DNA of 63,342 nucleotides from Ignavibacteriales bacterium (GCA_018335975.1 JAGXRH010000002.1:1-63342); one strand, 5' to 3'; shown: positions 28,485-37,565, numbered from the stretch's first letter. The notes: generated by a model from the sequence alone, not told the origin. Numbers and translations: made by a program.

Positions 28485-29629
28485 ATCTTGCAATTTTTAC
28501 TCCATATTTGACTTCAATGGGCGGGGGTGAGAAGTATGTTTTAGTGCTTGCAGAAGCCATCGCGAAACTTCCTGAAACTTCGGTAACGCTCCTTGTGTAT
28601 GATATCGATTTTGAGAAGTCGCGATATCAGCAGTTTTTCAACGTATCCCTGACAAATGTAAAAACCACTATTTTAAAAAACGGGACACGGGACATAAAAA
28701 AAGTAACCGAAGGATTTGATACATTTATTAATCTTTCGAACTTTCAATTGTTTGTTTCGAATGCTCATCAGACGATTCAACTCTTACAAGTACCATACGG
28801 AGAGCTATCGGCCTCTTTCATTGTAGAAAAAATTTTAGCCGGAGAAATTAAAGACGCGGCTAAAGATATTTTTCGATTACGCCTTATTTCAGAATGCAGA
28901 AACAAAAAGAGGATAACGGTCACAAATTCCCAATTTGTCCACGATACACTTCTCCGTCACCATAACGTCGAAAGTTTTATCCTCGCGCCGCCGATAGATG
29001 ATTTTTTTGTCGAGGGAATACAAAAGGAAAAAATAATTTTGAGCGTTGGAAGAATTTTTGCCGGGCTATACAATCAAAAACGGTACGATATTACCACAAA
29101 AGTTTTTCGGGAACTTGCAAAAAAAGAATTGAGCAGTTGGGAATATCATATTGTCGGCAGTGTTGCCAACGACGAAACAACAATGACCATGCTGCAACAA
29201 TTGCAAAGAGAAAATTCAGGCTTTCCCGTTTTTTTTCATCTCAATGAACCGTATGCCAAGCTGAAAGAATGGTACAATCGCGCTTCTTTGTTTTGGCATG
29301 CAGCCGGCTATGAAGTTGACGAAGAAAAATTTCCTGAACGGACAGAACATTTCGGAATGTCCACTGTTGAGGCAATGTCTGCATACGCCGTTCCTTTGGT
29401 AGTAAACAAAGGAGGGCAGAAAGAAATAGTCGAGCAAGGAATGAATGGCTTTGTGTGGAACGCTCTGGATGAACTCAAACAACAAACGATTCTGTTGGCG
29501 AAGGATGAGCAAACGAGAAAAAGGATGGCAAATAATGCGCGGGAACGCTTTTTCTTTTATAGCCGAAACCGCTTTTCCGAAGAGGCGCAAAAATTAATTC
29601 AAAAAATTTCTTCCAATACGTTGGCTTAG
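28481..29629 (+). CDS. Glycosyltransferase family 4 (GT-B fold)
   Basis: EHFGMSTVEAMSAYAVPLVVNKGGQKEIVEQGMNGFVW (E-x7-E region). ATGA overlap with the preceding FkbM gene. Confidence 0.8.
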   Translation: MNLAIFTPYLTSMGGGEKYVLVLAEAIAKLPETSVTLLVYDIDFEKSRYQQFFNVSLTNVKTTILKNGTRDIKKVTEGFDTFINLSNFQLFVSNAHQTIQLLQVPYGELSASFIVEKILAGEIKDAAKDIFRLRLISECRNKKRITVTNSQFVHDTLLRHHNVESFILAPPIDDFFVEGIQKEKIILSVGRIFAGLYNQKRYDITTKVFRELAKKELSSWEYHIVGSVANDETTMTMLQQLQRENSGFPVFFHLNEPYAKLKEWYNRASLFWHAAGYEVDEEKFPERTEHFGMSTVEAMSAYAVPLVVNKGGQKEIVEQGMNGFVWNALDELKQQTILLAKDEQTRKRMANNARERFFFYSRNRFSEEAQKLIQKISSNTLA

Positions 29630-30150
29630 AACCCCGTCAACTTCATTTTGTAATACTCCGCTTTTTCCGTATCACCTTTTTGCTCATAAAGTTTAACTAA
29701 CCGCTCCAAAAGAACGTTGGGTTTGTCCACGTACGCTAATCCGTCCAAAAGGAATGCAATAAGTTCATCAATCGCAGGAAGGTTTACCACCGGGTCATAA
29801 CAATCGCAAATGGCAAGGTATGGCGCAACCTCTGATGGATTCACTATTGCTGATTTACGATAATATCGCAACGCAAGTTCATAATTATCTTTTTGAGCGT
29901 AAGTCGTTTCGAAGATTGCTGCGAGCAAGAAATAGGTTTGATAGGAGAGGGAAGGAAATTCTACGACAAGTTTTTCCGCGAACAAACAGAGTTCGTCGGG
30001 GAGGAGTGAACCATTCCAAAAAAGGGCGCGGTATAATTCAAAATCATCCAGTCGTTGACGAATCGCTTCTTCAAACGCATCGAAGAGTTCGTTGAAATTT
30101 TTCGTTTCAAGAAAACATTCGCGAATTTGTTGTTGACTGAATGTTGCCAT
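29626..30150 (-). CDS. Hypothetical helical-repeat (TPR-like) protein
   Basis: ORF 29626-30225, started at the internal ATG (MATFSQQQIRE). All-helical composition with no motif recognised. Its stop codon overlaps the stop of the convergent GT4 gene (cTTAg). Confidence 0.5.
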   Translation of the reverse strand: MATFSQQQIRECFLETKNFNELFDAFEEAIRQRLDDFELYRALFWNGSLLPDELCLFAEKLVVEFPSLSYQTYFLLAAIFETTYAQKDNYELALRYYRKSAIVNPSEVAPYLAICDCYDPVVNLPAIDELIAFLLDGLAYVDKPNVLLERLVKLYEQKGDTEKAEYYKMKLTGF

Positions 30151-30334
30151 AAAAAATAATTTCGCCGTGAAAATATGAAAAGCATTTTCGTTCTCCAACA
30201 GAATAAAATGTAGAAAAATTACCACCGACCCCGCTTCAGAAAAAACGAGTCAAGGCAACATTGAACAACATCTTTCCACTTTCTTTTTACCATTCCCGAA
30301 CTTGAAGTATATTTTCCCCAGTTTTATAAACAGT

Positions 30335-31114
30335 ATGCACAGCACAATCGTTAAGACCGATGCCCTCGTTCTCAAATCGTTGAAATATGGCGACACAAGT
30401 AAAATTGTTACGTTCTACACGAAGGAATTCGGTAAACTCACGGCAATGGCAAAAGGGGTACGTAAAACATCTGCAAAATATGGAACCGCATTGGAACCTC
30501 TTTCGGTTGTTTCGCTGGTGTTGTACCATAAAAATTCACGCGAGATTCAACTCGTTTCGGAATGTTCAACAATGCGCCGGTTTACTGCCCTCACGGAACA
30601 ATTTGATGTGCTTACCGCCGCACTGACACTGGTTGAGCTCGTGTACAAAACTTCTCACGAAGAAAAAAATGAAACGTTATTTCACCTTCTTCTTGGCATT
30701 CTGGAGAAATTGAATTCTCATCCAAACAGCTCACCAACACTGCTGCTTTGGTTTCATTTTCAACTTGCAGAACAACTCGGATTTGGTTTTCAACTGGAAA
30801 CGTGCCCGCTCTGTCGCCGTCCGATTCAAGAATCATCGTATCGTTCTCACAATCCGTTCGTTGAACTTGCCCGCGGCGGAATTCTGTGCGCCACATGCTC
30901 TTCCGTGGATAGACCTCTTCAACAGTTGAACCGTGAAACTCTTTCTTTATTGCGTGCGTTATTAGAAAGCGACGTTCATTCGGCAACCGCGATTTCCATT
31001 TCTGCTTCCGAACACAAGGAATTGAAAATACTTCTGCATAATTATTTTCGATTTCATATCGAGGGATGGAAGCCGTTGAAGAGCGAACGCATATTTTCGG
31101 CAATGGCTCAATAA
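30335..31114 (+). CDS. recO: DNA repair protein RecO
   Basis: MHSTIVKTDALVLKSLKYGDTSKIVTFYTKEFGKLTAMAKGVRK (OB-fold N-terminus) and CPLCRRP...CATC zinc motif. Confidence 0.85.
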   Translation: MHSTIVKTDALVLKSLKYGDTSKIVTFYTKEFGKLTAMAKGVRKTSAKYGTALEPLSVVSLVLYHKNSREIQLVSECSTMRRFTALTEQFDVLTAALTLVELVYKTSHEEKNETLFHLLLGILEKLNSHPNSSPTLLLWFHFQLAEQLGFGFQLETCPLCRRPIQESSYRSHNPFVELARGGILCATCSSVDRPLQQLNRETLSLLRALLESDVHSATAISISASEHKELKILLHNYFRFHIEGWKPLKSERIFSAMAQ

Positions 31115-31156
31115 TGTTACACGAAAAATTTTATCAATCTTATTAAGAAAATACCT

Positions 31157-32695
31157 ATGTCAAAAAAATCATTACTTGCAACCGTTCTTTTATTTTGTGT
31201 CAGCGTTCTTTTCGGCGCCGTCGTAGTTTCAGGTTTTAAATCGGAAACGACCGCGCTCCCGATTCCGGACGAAACCGTTAATATCGGTGCGCCGACTCCA
31301 ATTACTACCGCCGGTTTTAACGCTCAAGACTTAAGCAAAGCATTTACCGAAGTAGCAAAAGTTGCAAAGCCTTTCGTGGTGAGTATTACGGTTACCACCA
31401 GAAGTAAAGAAAGCCCAACCGGAAAATTTCACGACTTCTTTCAATTCTTCGGACCTGATTTCAACCAACGCGAACAACAACCGCAACCACAAGTCGGCGC
31501 GGGCTCAGGCGTAATTTTAACGAACGATGGTTATATCGTTACGAATAATCACGTTGTGGAAGATGCCGATAACGACGGAATTGAAGTTGTGCTCGACGAT
31601 AAGCGTCGTTTCAAAGCAAAACACGTTGGCACAGATCCTTCAACGGATTTAGCCGTAATAAAAATTGATAGTAAAGATTTGCCTGTTGCCTCCTTTGGAA
31701 ATTCCGATTCCGTTGAGGTGGGCGAATGGGTGCTTGCCATCGGAAATCCGCTCGGTTTGACTTCAACCGTTACCGCGGGGATTATCAGCGCAATTGGGCG
31801 CGGAAATCTTGGAGTAATTCGTGATGCGGGAGGGTATGCAATTGAAAATTTTATTCAAACGGATGCCGCAATTAATCCCGGCAACAGCGGCGGCGCATTG
31901 GTAAACTTACGCGGCGAAGTGATAGGAATAAACGCGGCGATTGCAACAACAAACGCGCGTTATCAGGGATATGGGTTTGCTATTCCGTCGAATTTGATGA
32001 AGTCGGTAACGGAAGATGTTATTCGTCACGGAAAGGTTTTACGCGGGTATATCGGTGTGCAAATTCAAACGATGGACGAAACGTACGCGAAAGCGGTTGG
32101 TTTGGATAAAGTACGCGGCGTTCTTATTCAATCGGTAAACGAAGGAAGCGCGGGCGACGATGCAGAACTCAAACAAGGCGACGTCATTCTTTCGGTGAAC
32201 GGGGTAGAGGTGAATGCGGCAAACGAATTACAAACGCAAATTGCAAGTCATCATCCGGGAGACATCGTTACGTTGAAAATTTTCCGCAACAAAAAAGAAA
32301 TGGAGAAAAAAGTAAAACTCAAATCACGTCCGAGTGAATCGTTGAGTTCCGATGATTCAAAATCGAAGGAAGAAAAGCGTCCGGAAGAAGATTCTCCCTC
32401 GACGGCAACGTTTGATAAGTTGGGCTTGACGGTGAAAGGGCTCACCGCAAAAGAAAAGCGCGACCTCGATATTGAAAAGGGAGTAAAAATAACAGGGATT
32501 GACCCAATGAGCGAAGCATCGAAACGCGCATTGGAACGGGAAGATGTTATCTTGGAAGCGGATGGTCAGGAAATTTATTCTCCTTCGGACCTCGAGAACG
32601 TTCTCTCGAAAAGAAAAGGAGATTCGATACTGCTCCGCGTAAAAAAGAAATCTTCCGACCAGGTAAATTTAGTAGCAATAGAGATTCCCAGTTAG
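31157..32695 (+). CDS. htrA: Periplasmic serine endoprotease, HtrA/DegP/DegQ family, two PDZ domains
   Basis: TNNHVVED (His), DLAVIKI (Asp) and GNSGGALVN (Ser) form the catalytic triad. Two PDZ-like segments and an N-terminal TM/signal sequence. Confidence 0.9.
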   Translation: MSKKSLLATVLLFCVSVLFGAVVVSGFKSETTALPIPDETVNIGAPTPITTAGFNAQDLSKAFTEVAKVAKPFVVSITVTTRSKESPTGKFHDFFQFFGPDFNQREQQPQPQVGAGSGVILTNDGYIVTNNHVVEDADNDGIEVVLDDKRRFKAKHVGTDPSTDLAVIKIDSKDLPVASFGNSDSVEVGEWVLAIGNPLGLTSTVTAGIISAIGRGNLGVIRDAGGYAIENFIQTDAAINPGNSGGALVNLRGEVIGINAAIATTNARYQGYGFAIPSNLMKSVTEDVIRHGKVLRGYIGVQIQTMDETYAKAVGLDKVRGVLIQSVNEGSAGDDAELKQGDVILSVNGVEVNAANELQTQIASHHPGDIVTLKIFRNKKEMEKKVKLKSRPSESLSSDDSKSKEEKRPEEDSPSTATFDKLGLTVKGLTAKEKRDLDIEKGVKITGIDPMSEASKRALEREDVILEADGQEIYSPSDLENVLSKRKGDSILLRVKKKSSDQVNLVAIEIPS

Positions 32696-32723
32696 AAGTT
32701 TTGTGAAGCGCGTTTGTTCCTTC

Positions 32724-32758
32724 AACGGATGTGGAAATTTATTCTGCATCCGTTTTTT
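32724..32758 (+). terminator. Intrinsic terminator after htrA
   Basis: Stem AACGGATG / CATCCGTT followed by a T-run. Confidence 0.65.
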
Positions 32759-32877
32759 ATTTCAGAAAGCAATTGCGAATAATGAGCAAGGAACTCAAAC
32801 AACTCTTTGGAATACGAAGGACGAAACTGCGCGTAGAGATGGGATTGGGTGGAGAAGAGAGATTTCACCGACACGCT

Positions 32878-33459
32878 CTATACTGTTATTTTTGTTTCGG
32901 TAAACCCGAAGGTTTTCAACGCATTGTATTCTACAGTTACTGAAATTTCTTTTTCCTCTCTCCATAGACTCGCAATTATTCGTTGATTATCAAGGAAGCC
33001 ACAAGCCACGTTATCTTTACGAAGTATTTTTATAATAGAAGACTCTATTCTTTCTAAAATTCTTTTTTCTTGTTCGACTGGGGCAATTAATAGTTTGAAC
33101 GTTTTTAATAGAGGAAAAATTATTTGAGATAACGGTAAATTATTATTTAGAAAATCTCTAACACGTCCACTTGGACAATAGATACGTTCCTTAATCCCGT
33201 TTTGGAATTTCTCTGGATCATAGATTGTATATCGTCCTGATAAATAATGTACAATATGCGTTTCAAGTCTATCTAGAATAGATGTTGCACTTATTCCAAC
33301 GTAATTTACTAAATAGGAATCATTATAAGGTATAGTCCACAAGTACAACCCTGGTGATTTTAACTTATCAGAAGAAAATATTGATTCGCAATCCTGATTT
33401 TCAAATAAAGAAAAAGGTCCTTCCCACTTTATGTTTAGCGAAGACTCGGGGTTATTCAT
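32878..33459 (-). CDS. Hypothetical protein with GIY-YIG-like N-terminal motifs
   Basis: PGLYLWTIPYNDSYLVNYVGIS...RLETH resembles GIY..YIG..R..H spacing. Later KRILERIESSIIKIL could supply the conserved Glu helix. The gene looks A+T-rich by eye. Confidence 0.45.
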   Translation of the reverse strand: MNNPESSLNIKWEGPFSLFENQDCESIFSSDKLKSPGLYLWTIPYNDSYLVNYVGISATSILDRLETHIVHYLSGRYTIYDPEKFQNGIKERIYCPSGRVRDFLNNNLPLSQIIFPLLKTFKLLIAPVEQEKRILERIESSIIKILRKDNVACGFLDNQRIIASLWREEKEISVTVEYNALKTFGFTETKITV

Positions 33460-33490
33460 AATAAGTAATTTTTCAACCTAATATTTTTTT

Positions 33491-35305
33491 TCACTCCCAA
33501 CCCACTTCCTTCCCTTTATTCTGTTCCTTCAAATAATCCATAATCGGAGAAAAATATTCGAGCATTGCTTTGGAGGAAACCGGTTCGCCGGTTTTTTCTT
33601 TTATCACTTCACGCCAATCACGCGTTGCACCGAGTTTTAAAATACTCATCAGCCATTCGCCGACTTGTTTGTTGCCGTAGTAATTGCAGTTGTGCGGGTC
33701 TTCGTGCAATATATTTTTCGCAATGTACATATGCAACTGATATTTGATGATGAACGCCATCGCATAATCGTAATACTGCGCGGGGTCATCGTTGATATGC
33801 GTTTTTGTCGCCGCATCGCAAAATTCTTCTCCGCGTTTTTCCGGTGCTTCCACTCCCTGAAATTCGCCAACGTAATTCCACCAACGCTCGTTGAGTTTAT
33901 CTGCGGGCAATTTCGTTTCGTAAAAATCGTGTTCCCAATGCGTCATCACTCCCGCGCTCCACGGAATAAACACCACCGCATTATCAAGCGCTTCATTCAG
34001 TAAATATTGTGTTTGGTCAATTGTTGCATCATTCGCCATCACACCGATTTCTTTTAAATATTTTGGTTGACGCGCGGCAATGCCAATCAAATCGCCAATC
34101 GCTTCGTGAAACGCGCGGTTCGCTCCTTCGCGTAACGGAATCGGAACTTCGGGAGTTGAATACGCGATGTAATAATAAATATGTCCGAGTTCGTGATGCG
34201 TTGTTTCAAACCAATCGTAATCCGGTTTCACGCTCATCAGCGAGCGCACATCGTTTTGCAAATCAATATGCCAAGCCGATGCGTGCGTGTTTTTCTTTCG
34301 CTTTGCATCGGCGGGAAGTTCATACAAATCGGATTTTTCCCAAAATGTTTTTGGCAGAGATTGCATTCCAATCGAAGTATAAAATTTTTCTGCTTGCTGA
34401 ATAAACCATTCCGGCTTTTTGTCCTTGAACATTGCATTCAAATCAACACCTTCCACAATGCCGGGCCACGCTTGACTCCAACGATTTCCCAACCAATGCG
34501 CGGGAATTTTTTTCGGAACCGGCTGATGATATTTTTCTGCAAGTTTATTTTTTGTCCAGCAATGAAGTTGTTCGTAGAGCGGTTTCAATTCACGGTTAAA
34601 TTGTTTCATCGTTGTCATCATTTCGGGAACGGACATTTCATAACCGCTGACTTGCAAATCGAAAAAAGATTTGTAACCCATCTCCGTTGCAACACGATTG
34701 CGAATTGTTTGCAATGTGAGAAGTCCCGGTTTCAACGCTGCGCCGGTTTGTTTGGAAACTTCCCACGCGTGTTTTCGCATATTCAAATCCGTGGACGAAG
34801 AAAGAATATCATCGAGTTGATTCGGCGTTACAATTTTTACCGGTTCATTTTTTTGTTCGAAATGAAATTCAAAACTGTTCAGCACTGCGCTTTGCTTTGA
34901 CTCCGCTTCAACACGCGCCGCAACAACATCAGGAATTGTTCCGGGATAACTTGCCGCGCTGCGTAAAATTGTTTCGAGTTGTTTGCGCGTGATTGCATCG
35001 AGTTTATCTTTGTCTTTTAAAAACTGTTTGCATTTGTTAATCACGTATTCGCTTCCTTGAAAAGCGGCAAGCACACCGTTTGCGCCGACTTGCTGTCCCG
35101 TGTGTTCATCCGTAACATCTGTTGACGCTTTCCAATCCGATTCGGAAGAAATTGCGTAGAGTTTCGGATACATCGTGTTATACATATTCAAAAATTCTGC
35201 GATGTCTTTATTTACTTTTTGTTCTTTACTGTCTACGCCGTTTATACCAAGATAAACAAGCGAGAACATTGTAACGGGGAGCGCGAAGATGAGAAAGAGT
35301 TTCAT
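33491..35305 (-). CDS. M2-family (angiotensin-converting-enzyme-like) zinc metallopeptidase, secreted
   Basis: HHELGHIYYY (HEXXH) followed by FHEAIGD, as in peptidyl-dipeptidase A. N-terminal signal sequence MKLFLIFALPVTMFSLVYL. Confidence 0.85.
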   Translation of the reverse strand: MKLFLIFALPVTMFSLVYLGINGVDSKEQKVNKDIAEFLNMYNTMYPKLYAISSESDWKASTDVTDEHTGQQVGANGVLAAFQGSEYVINKCKQFLKDKDKLDAITRKQLETILRSAASYPGTIPDVVAARVEAESKQSAVLNSFEFHFEQKNEPVKIVTPNQLDDILSSSTDLNMRKHAWEVSKQTGAALKPGLLTLQTIRNRVATEMGYKSFFDLQVSGYEMSVPEMMTTMKQFNRELKPLYEQLHCWTKNKLAEKYHQPVPKKIPAHWLGNRWSQAWPGIVEGVDLNAMFKDKKPEWFIQQAEKFYTSIGMQSLPKTFWEKSDLYELPADAKRKKNTHASAWHIDLQNDVRSLMSVKPDYDWFETTHHELGHIYYYIAYSTPEVPIPLREGANRAFHEAIGDLIGIAARQPKYLKEIGVMANDATIDQTQYLLNEALDNAVVFIPWSAGVMTHWEHDFYETKLPADKLNERWWNYVGEFQGVEAPEKRGEEFCDAATKTHINDDPAQYYDYAMAFIIKYQLHMYIAKNILHEDPHNCNYYGNKQVGEWLMSILKLGATRDWREVIKEKTGEPVSSKAMLEYFSPIMDYLKEQNKGKEVGWE

Positions 35306-35497
35306 AGTGAGTATTTGAGTTTGTGAGTAGAAAGTAGTTGAGAAAAATTGTGGCGATTAATTATTGTTCCAGAATCATTGGGAGGTTTTTATTTAACCTG
35401 TTTGGTTTTCTATATAGATTGTTTGAATATTTATTTTTCACGCAAAGCCGCAAAGACCACAAAGGAATTTATTGCGACTTCGCGTCTTTGCGAGAAA

Positions 35498-35563
35498 TTA
35501 GGTTTTGTTGTTGAACCACTCCCCAACATCTCCCAAACCCTCTTCCGAAATCTGATGTTCCAT
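35498..35563 (-). pseudogene. Detached duplicate of the esterase gene 3' end (21 codons + stop)
   Basis: The reverse strand reads MEHQISEEGLGDVGEWFNNKT-stop. The intact esterase ends MEHQISEESLGDVANWLKKQMLFREA-stop (36084-36164). The first 40 nt differ at only 2 positions. Confidence 0.7.
35501..35563. repeat. Direct repeat, left copy (esterase 3'-end sequence) flanking the toxin-antitoxin cassette
   Basis: ccaacatctcccaaaccctcttccgaaatctgatgttccat here, against gcaacgtctcccaaactctcttccgaaatctgatgttccat at 36123-36164. The two copies are 601 nt apart. Confidence 0.8.
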
Positions 35564-35573
35564 TTATATAAAA

Positions 35574-35822
35574 TTATTGGTAATGGTTATTCACATCAAG
35601 TATTTCAATCGCTTCCTTATTTCTGAAAATAAAGATCGCGCGGAATTTTTTGTCAACACGAAAACTCCAAATCCTCATTTCCTTTGGTTCAAGTAATTCC
35701 GTGTGAAGACTTGGATGAAACGGATTTTGTTCAAACAGCGAACTTTGTTTCTCAAATTTTTCTTTGAGATTGTGCAGAGTAATATACCGTTGAATTTCCG
35801 GATGAAGTGGAAGTATTTTCAT
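35574..35822 (-). CDS. RelE/ParE-superfamily toxin-like protein
   Basis: 82 aa. ...IWSFRVDKKFRAIFIFRNKEAIEILDVNNH resembles the C-terminal beta-strand pattern of RelE/ParE toxins. ATGA-type 4-nt overlap with the upstream small gene. Confidence 0.6.
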   Translation of the reverse strand: MKILPLHPEIQRYITLHNLKEKFEKQSSLFEQNPFHPSLHTELLEPKEMRIWSFRVDKKFRAIFIFRNKEAIEILDVNNHYQ

Positions 35823-36043
35823 TCAGCAAAATAAGAAGAACGGGATAATCCTTTTTTCAAACTATTCAGAAATTTTTTATTGTATTTCTTCGTCTTGCTC
35901 AACGCGGAAACAATTTCGTCAACATATTTTGTCGGCGGGGGAGAAAAAATATCTCCTTCCATAATTTGTCGAAGATATTCATATCGAAGTTTTGCCTCAA
36001 CCAAAACTTCGTATTCTTTTTTAGGAATCGTTACTGTCATCAT
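35819..36043 (-). CDS. Putative cognate antitoxin (unassigned family)
   Basis: 74 aa, immediately upstream of and overlapping the RelE-like gene. Assignment is by position only. Confidence 0.5.
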   Translation of the reverse strand: MMTVTIPKKEYEVLVEAKLRYEYLRQIMEGDIFSPPPTKYVDEIVSALSKTKKYNKKFLNSLKKGLSRSSYFAE

Positions 36044-36083
36044 AGTGTTTTTCTTTATTGTGTTTGAAATATATTAACTTTGC

Positions 36084-36788
36084 TTACGCTTCACGAAATA
36101 ACATTTGTTTCTTCAACCAATTCGCAACGTCTCCCAAACTCTCTTCCGAAATCTGATGTTCCATCGGATATTCTTTGTATTCGAGTTTAGCATTGTATTG
36201 TTCGAGAAGTTGTTTTGCTCGTCTTCCAAATGAAACGGGAAGAACCGGGTCATATAATCCGTGTGTTACAAAAAATGATGGAGAATTATCGTTTGATATT
36301 TTTTCCCATTCATAATTCAAATGCGTTCCTTCGGCAATGTAACCGCTGTTTGCAATTACGCCGGCAATTTCATTCGGTCGTGTTAATGCAAGCGAATACG
36401 CCATCACCGTTCCCATCGAAAATCCGAGTAAGAAAATTTTCTTTTCATCAATCGGAAATTCTTTTATCTCCGCAAGGAGTCCTTTGGACATTTCATCAAA
36501 GAAATCGGAAAGCGCGTTACAACTTTCGGGAAACATTTTATCATCGGGTTTTCCTGCTTCGAGAATATCGTACCATGTGAATCCGCCATATTCAAACCTA
36601 AATGGCGCGCGGACGGAAATATATAATGGCGAAGCCATCCCTTTGGGAAAACTCTCGTCAAAATATTCCGAAAGTCCGAGCAAATCATTTTCATCCGCAC
36701 CTCTTCCGTGGAGAAAAAGAATGGTTGGGTGTTTTTCTGCTTTCGAGTTTTTCGGAAGAACGACTTTGTAAACTAATTTTGAATTCAT
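36084..36788 (-). CDS. Alpha/beta hydrolase (phospholipase/carboxylesterase family)
   Basis: TILFLHGRGADENDL, nucleophile elbow GFSMGTVMA and ...THGLYDPVLP...MEHQIS (Asp/His region). Confidence 0.8.
   Translation of the reverse strand: MNSKLVYKVVLPKNSKAEKHPTILFLHGRGADENDLLGLSEYFDESFPKGMASPLYISVRAPFRFEYGGFTWYDILEAGKPDDKMFPESCNALSDFFDEMSKGLLAEIKEFPIDEKKIFLLGFSMGTVMAYSLALTRPNEIAGVIANSGYIAEGTHLNYEWEKISNDNSPSFFVTHGLYDPVLPVSFGRRAKQLLEQYNAKLEYKEYPMEHQISEESLGDVANWLKKQMLFREA
36103..36164. repeat. Direct repeat, right copy (inside the intact esterase gene)
   Basis: See the left copy. Similarity is highest over the 40 nt adjoining the shared ATGGAACATCAG (minus-strand sense). Confidence 0.8.
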
Positions 36789-36889
36789 TTGAAATGGGTT
36801 GGAGGTTTGTCCAAAGGACTCCTTTCGGAGGGGTTAGGGGTTTGAGTAAACATAAATTTCTCAAACCGCAAACCACTAACCTCAAACCT

Positions 36890-37444
36890 CTACGACGCTG
36901 TGTCCGGTTTCACAAACACCGCAATCACAAGCCCCGCAAGAAACATCGCGAGAATATTATCCGCGATCATTACGACAGAATAATCGGTCGGATATGCCAT
37001 CCAATTCCAATTCGTGATGTGCTGAAAAAATGCGGTGAAGATTCCCAACATTCCAACAAACGTAACGCGTGAGAAATACGATTCCGCAAATGCTGTGCTG
37101 CGCGAAAGAAACCACGCCGCAAGCCACGCAAATAAAATATTGGTGAGCAAACCAATCACCATTTGCGAAGGCATTGCTGGGTTTTGTCCTTCTGCCTGAT
37201 AAATAACGGTTGCAATGGGTCCCTCTTGATATTTTTTCATTGTTGCTTCGCTTCCATCCATCGTTTTCGGAATGATATACACGCTCGACTGAGGAAAGTT
37301 CGATTTCATAAATGCACGAACTTCATCTTCGTTGGAAAGTCCGCGCATTGTTCCGCCGTGTAAATCCAACACTGCCCACGATAAAAATCCCCAGATAAAT
37401 AATGTTACACCGCCAAGCACGGCGGCAAGAATAGTTTTTTTCAT
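36890..37444 (-). CDS. Hypothetical integral membrane protein
   Basis: 184 aa with an N-terminal TM, a soluble segment of about 60 aa and 3-4 C-terminal TM helices. No family recognised. Confidence 0.55.
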   Translation of the reverse strand: MKKTILAAVLGGVTLFIWGFLSWAVLDLHGGTMRGLSNEDEVRAFMKSNFPQSSVYIIPKTMDGSEATMKKYQEGPIATVIYQAEGQNPAMPSQMVIGLLTNILFAWLAAWFLSRSTAFAESYFSRVTFVGMLGIFTAFFQHITNWNWMAYPTDYSVVMIADNILAMFLAGLVIAVFVKPDTAS

Positions 37445-37504
37445 AAATGTAAAAAAAAGATTAGTGAATGAAATTATTTCGGCGTGAATATATTCCTTCT
37501 TCCT

Positions 37505-37543
37505 GAAAACAAAAACAGCGATTGAGTTTTTTCAATCGCTGTT
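37505..37543 (-). terminator. Intrinsic terminator after the PIN/UPF0175 pair
   Basis: Minus-strand RNA: AACAGCGAUUGA-loop-UCAAUCGCUGUU followed by UUUUGUUUUC. Confidence 0.8.
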
Positions 37544-37565
37544 TTATCAATAAGAGAATTTCTAC

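Noticed and set aside
34181-34900. Long antisense ORFs in the track (this one, plus 2190-2735, 52862-53470, 60679-61380, 12094-12687 and 41911-42429)
   Set aside because: Each lies opposite or out of frame within a gene with unambiguous family motifs (M2 peptidase, histidine kinases, sigma-54 activator, YfhO, PEPCK). Each has skewed F/R/N/C-rich composition with no motifs, so I treat them as shadow ORFs.
35430-35497. REP-like sequence cacgcaaagccGCAAAGACcacaaagg...cttcgcGTCTTTGCgag between the M2 peptidase start and the esterase remnant
   Set aside because: There is only an 8-bp inverted repeat and a single copy in this window. It resembles dispersed repeats I have seen in FCB genomes, but I cannot support that from this sequence alone.
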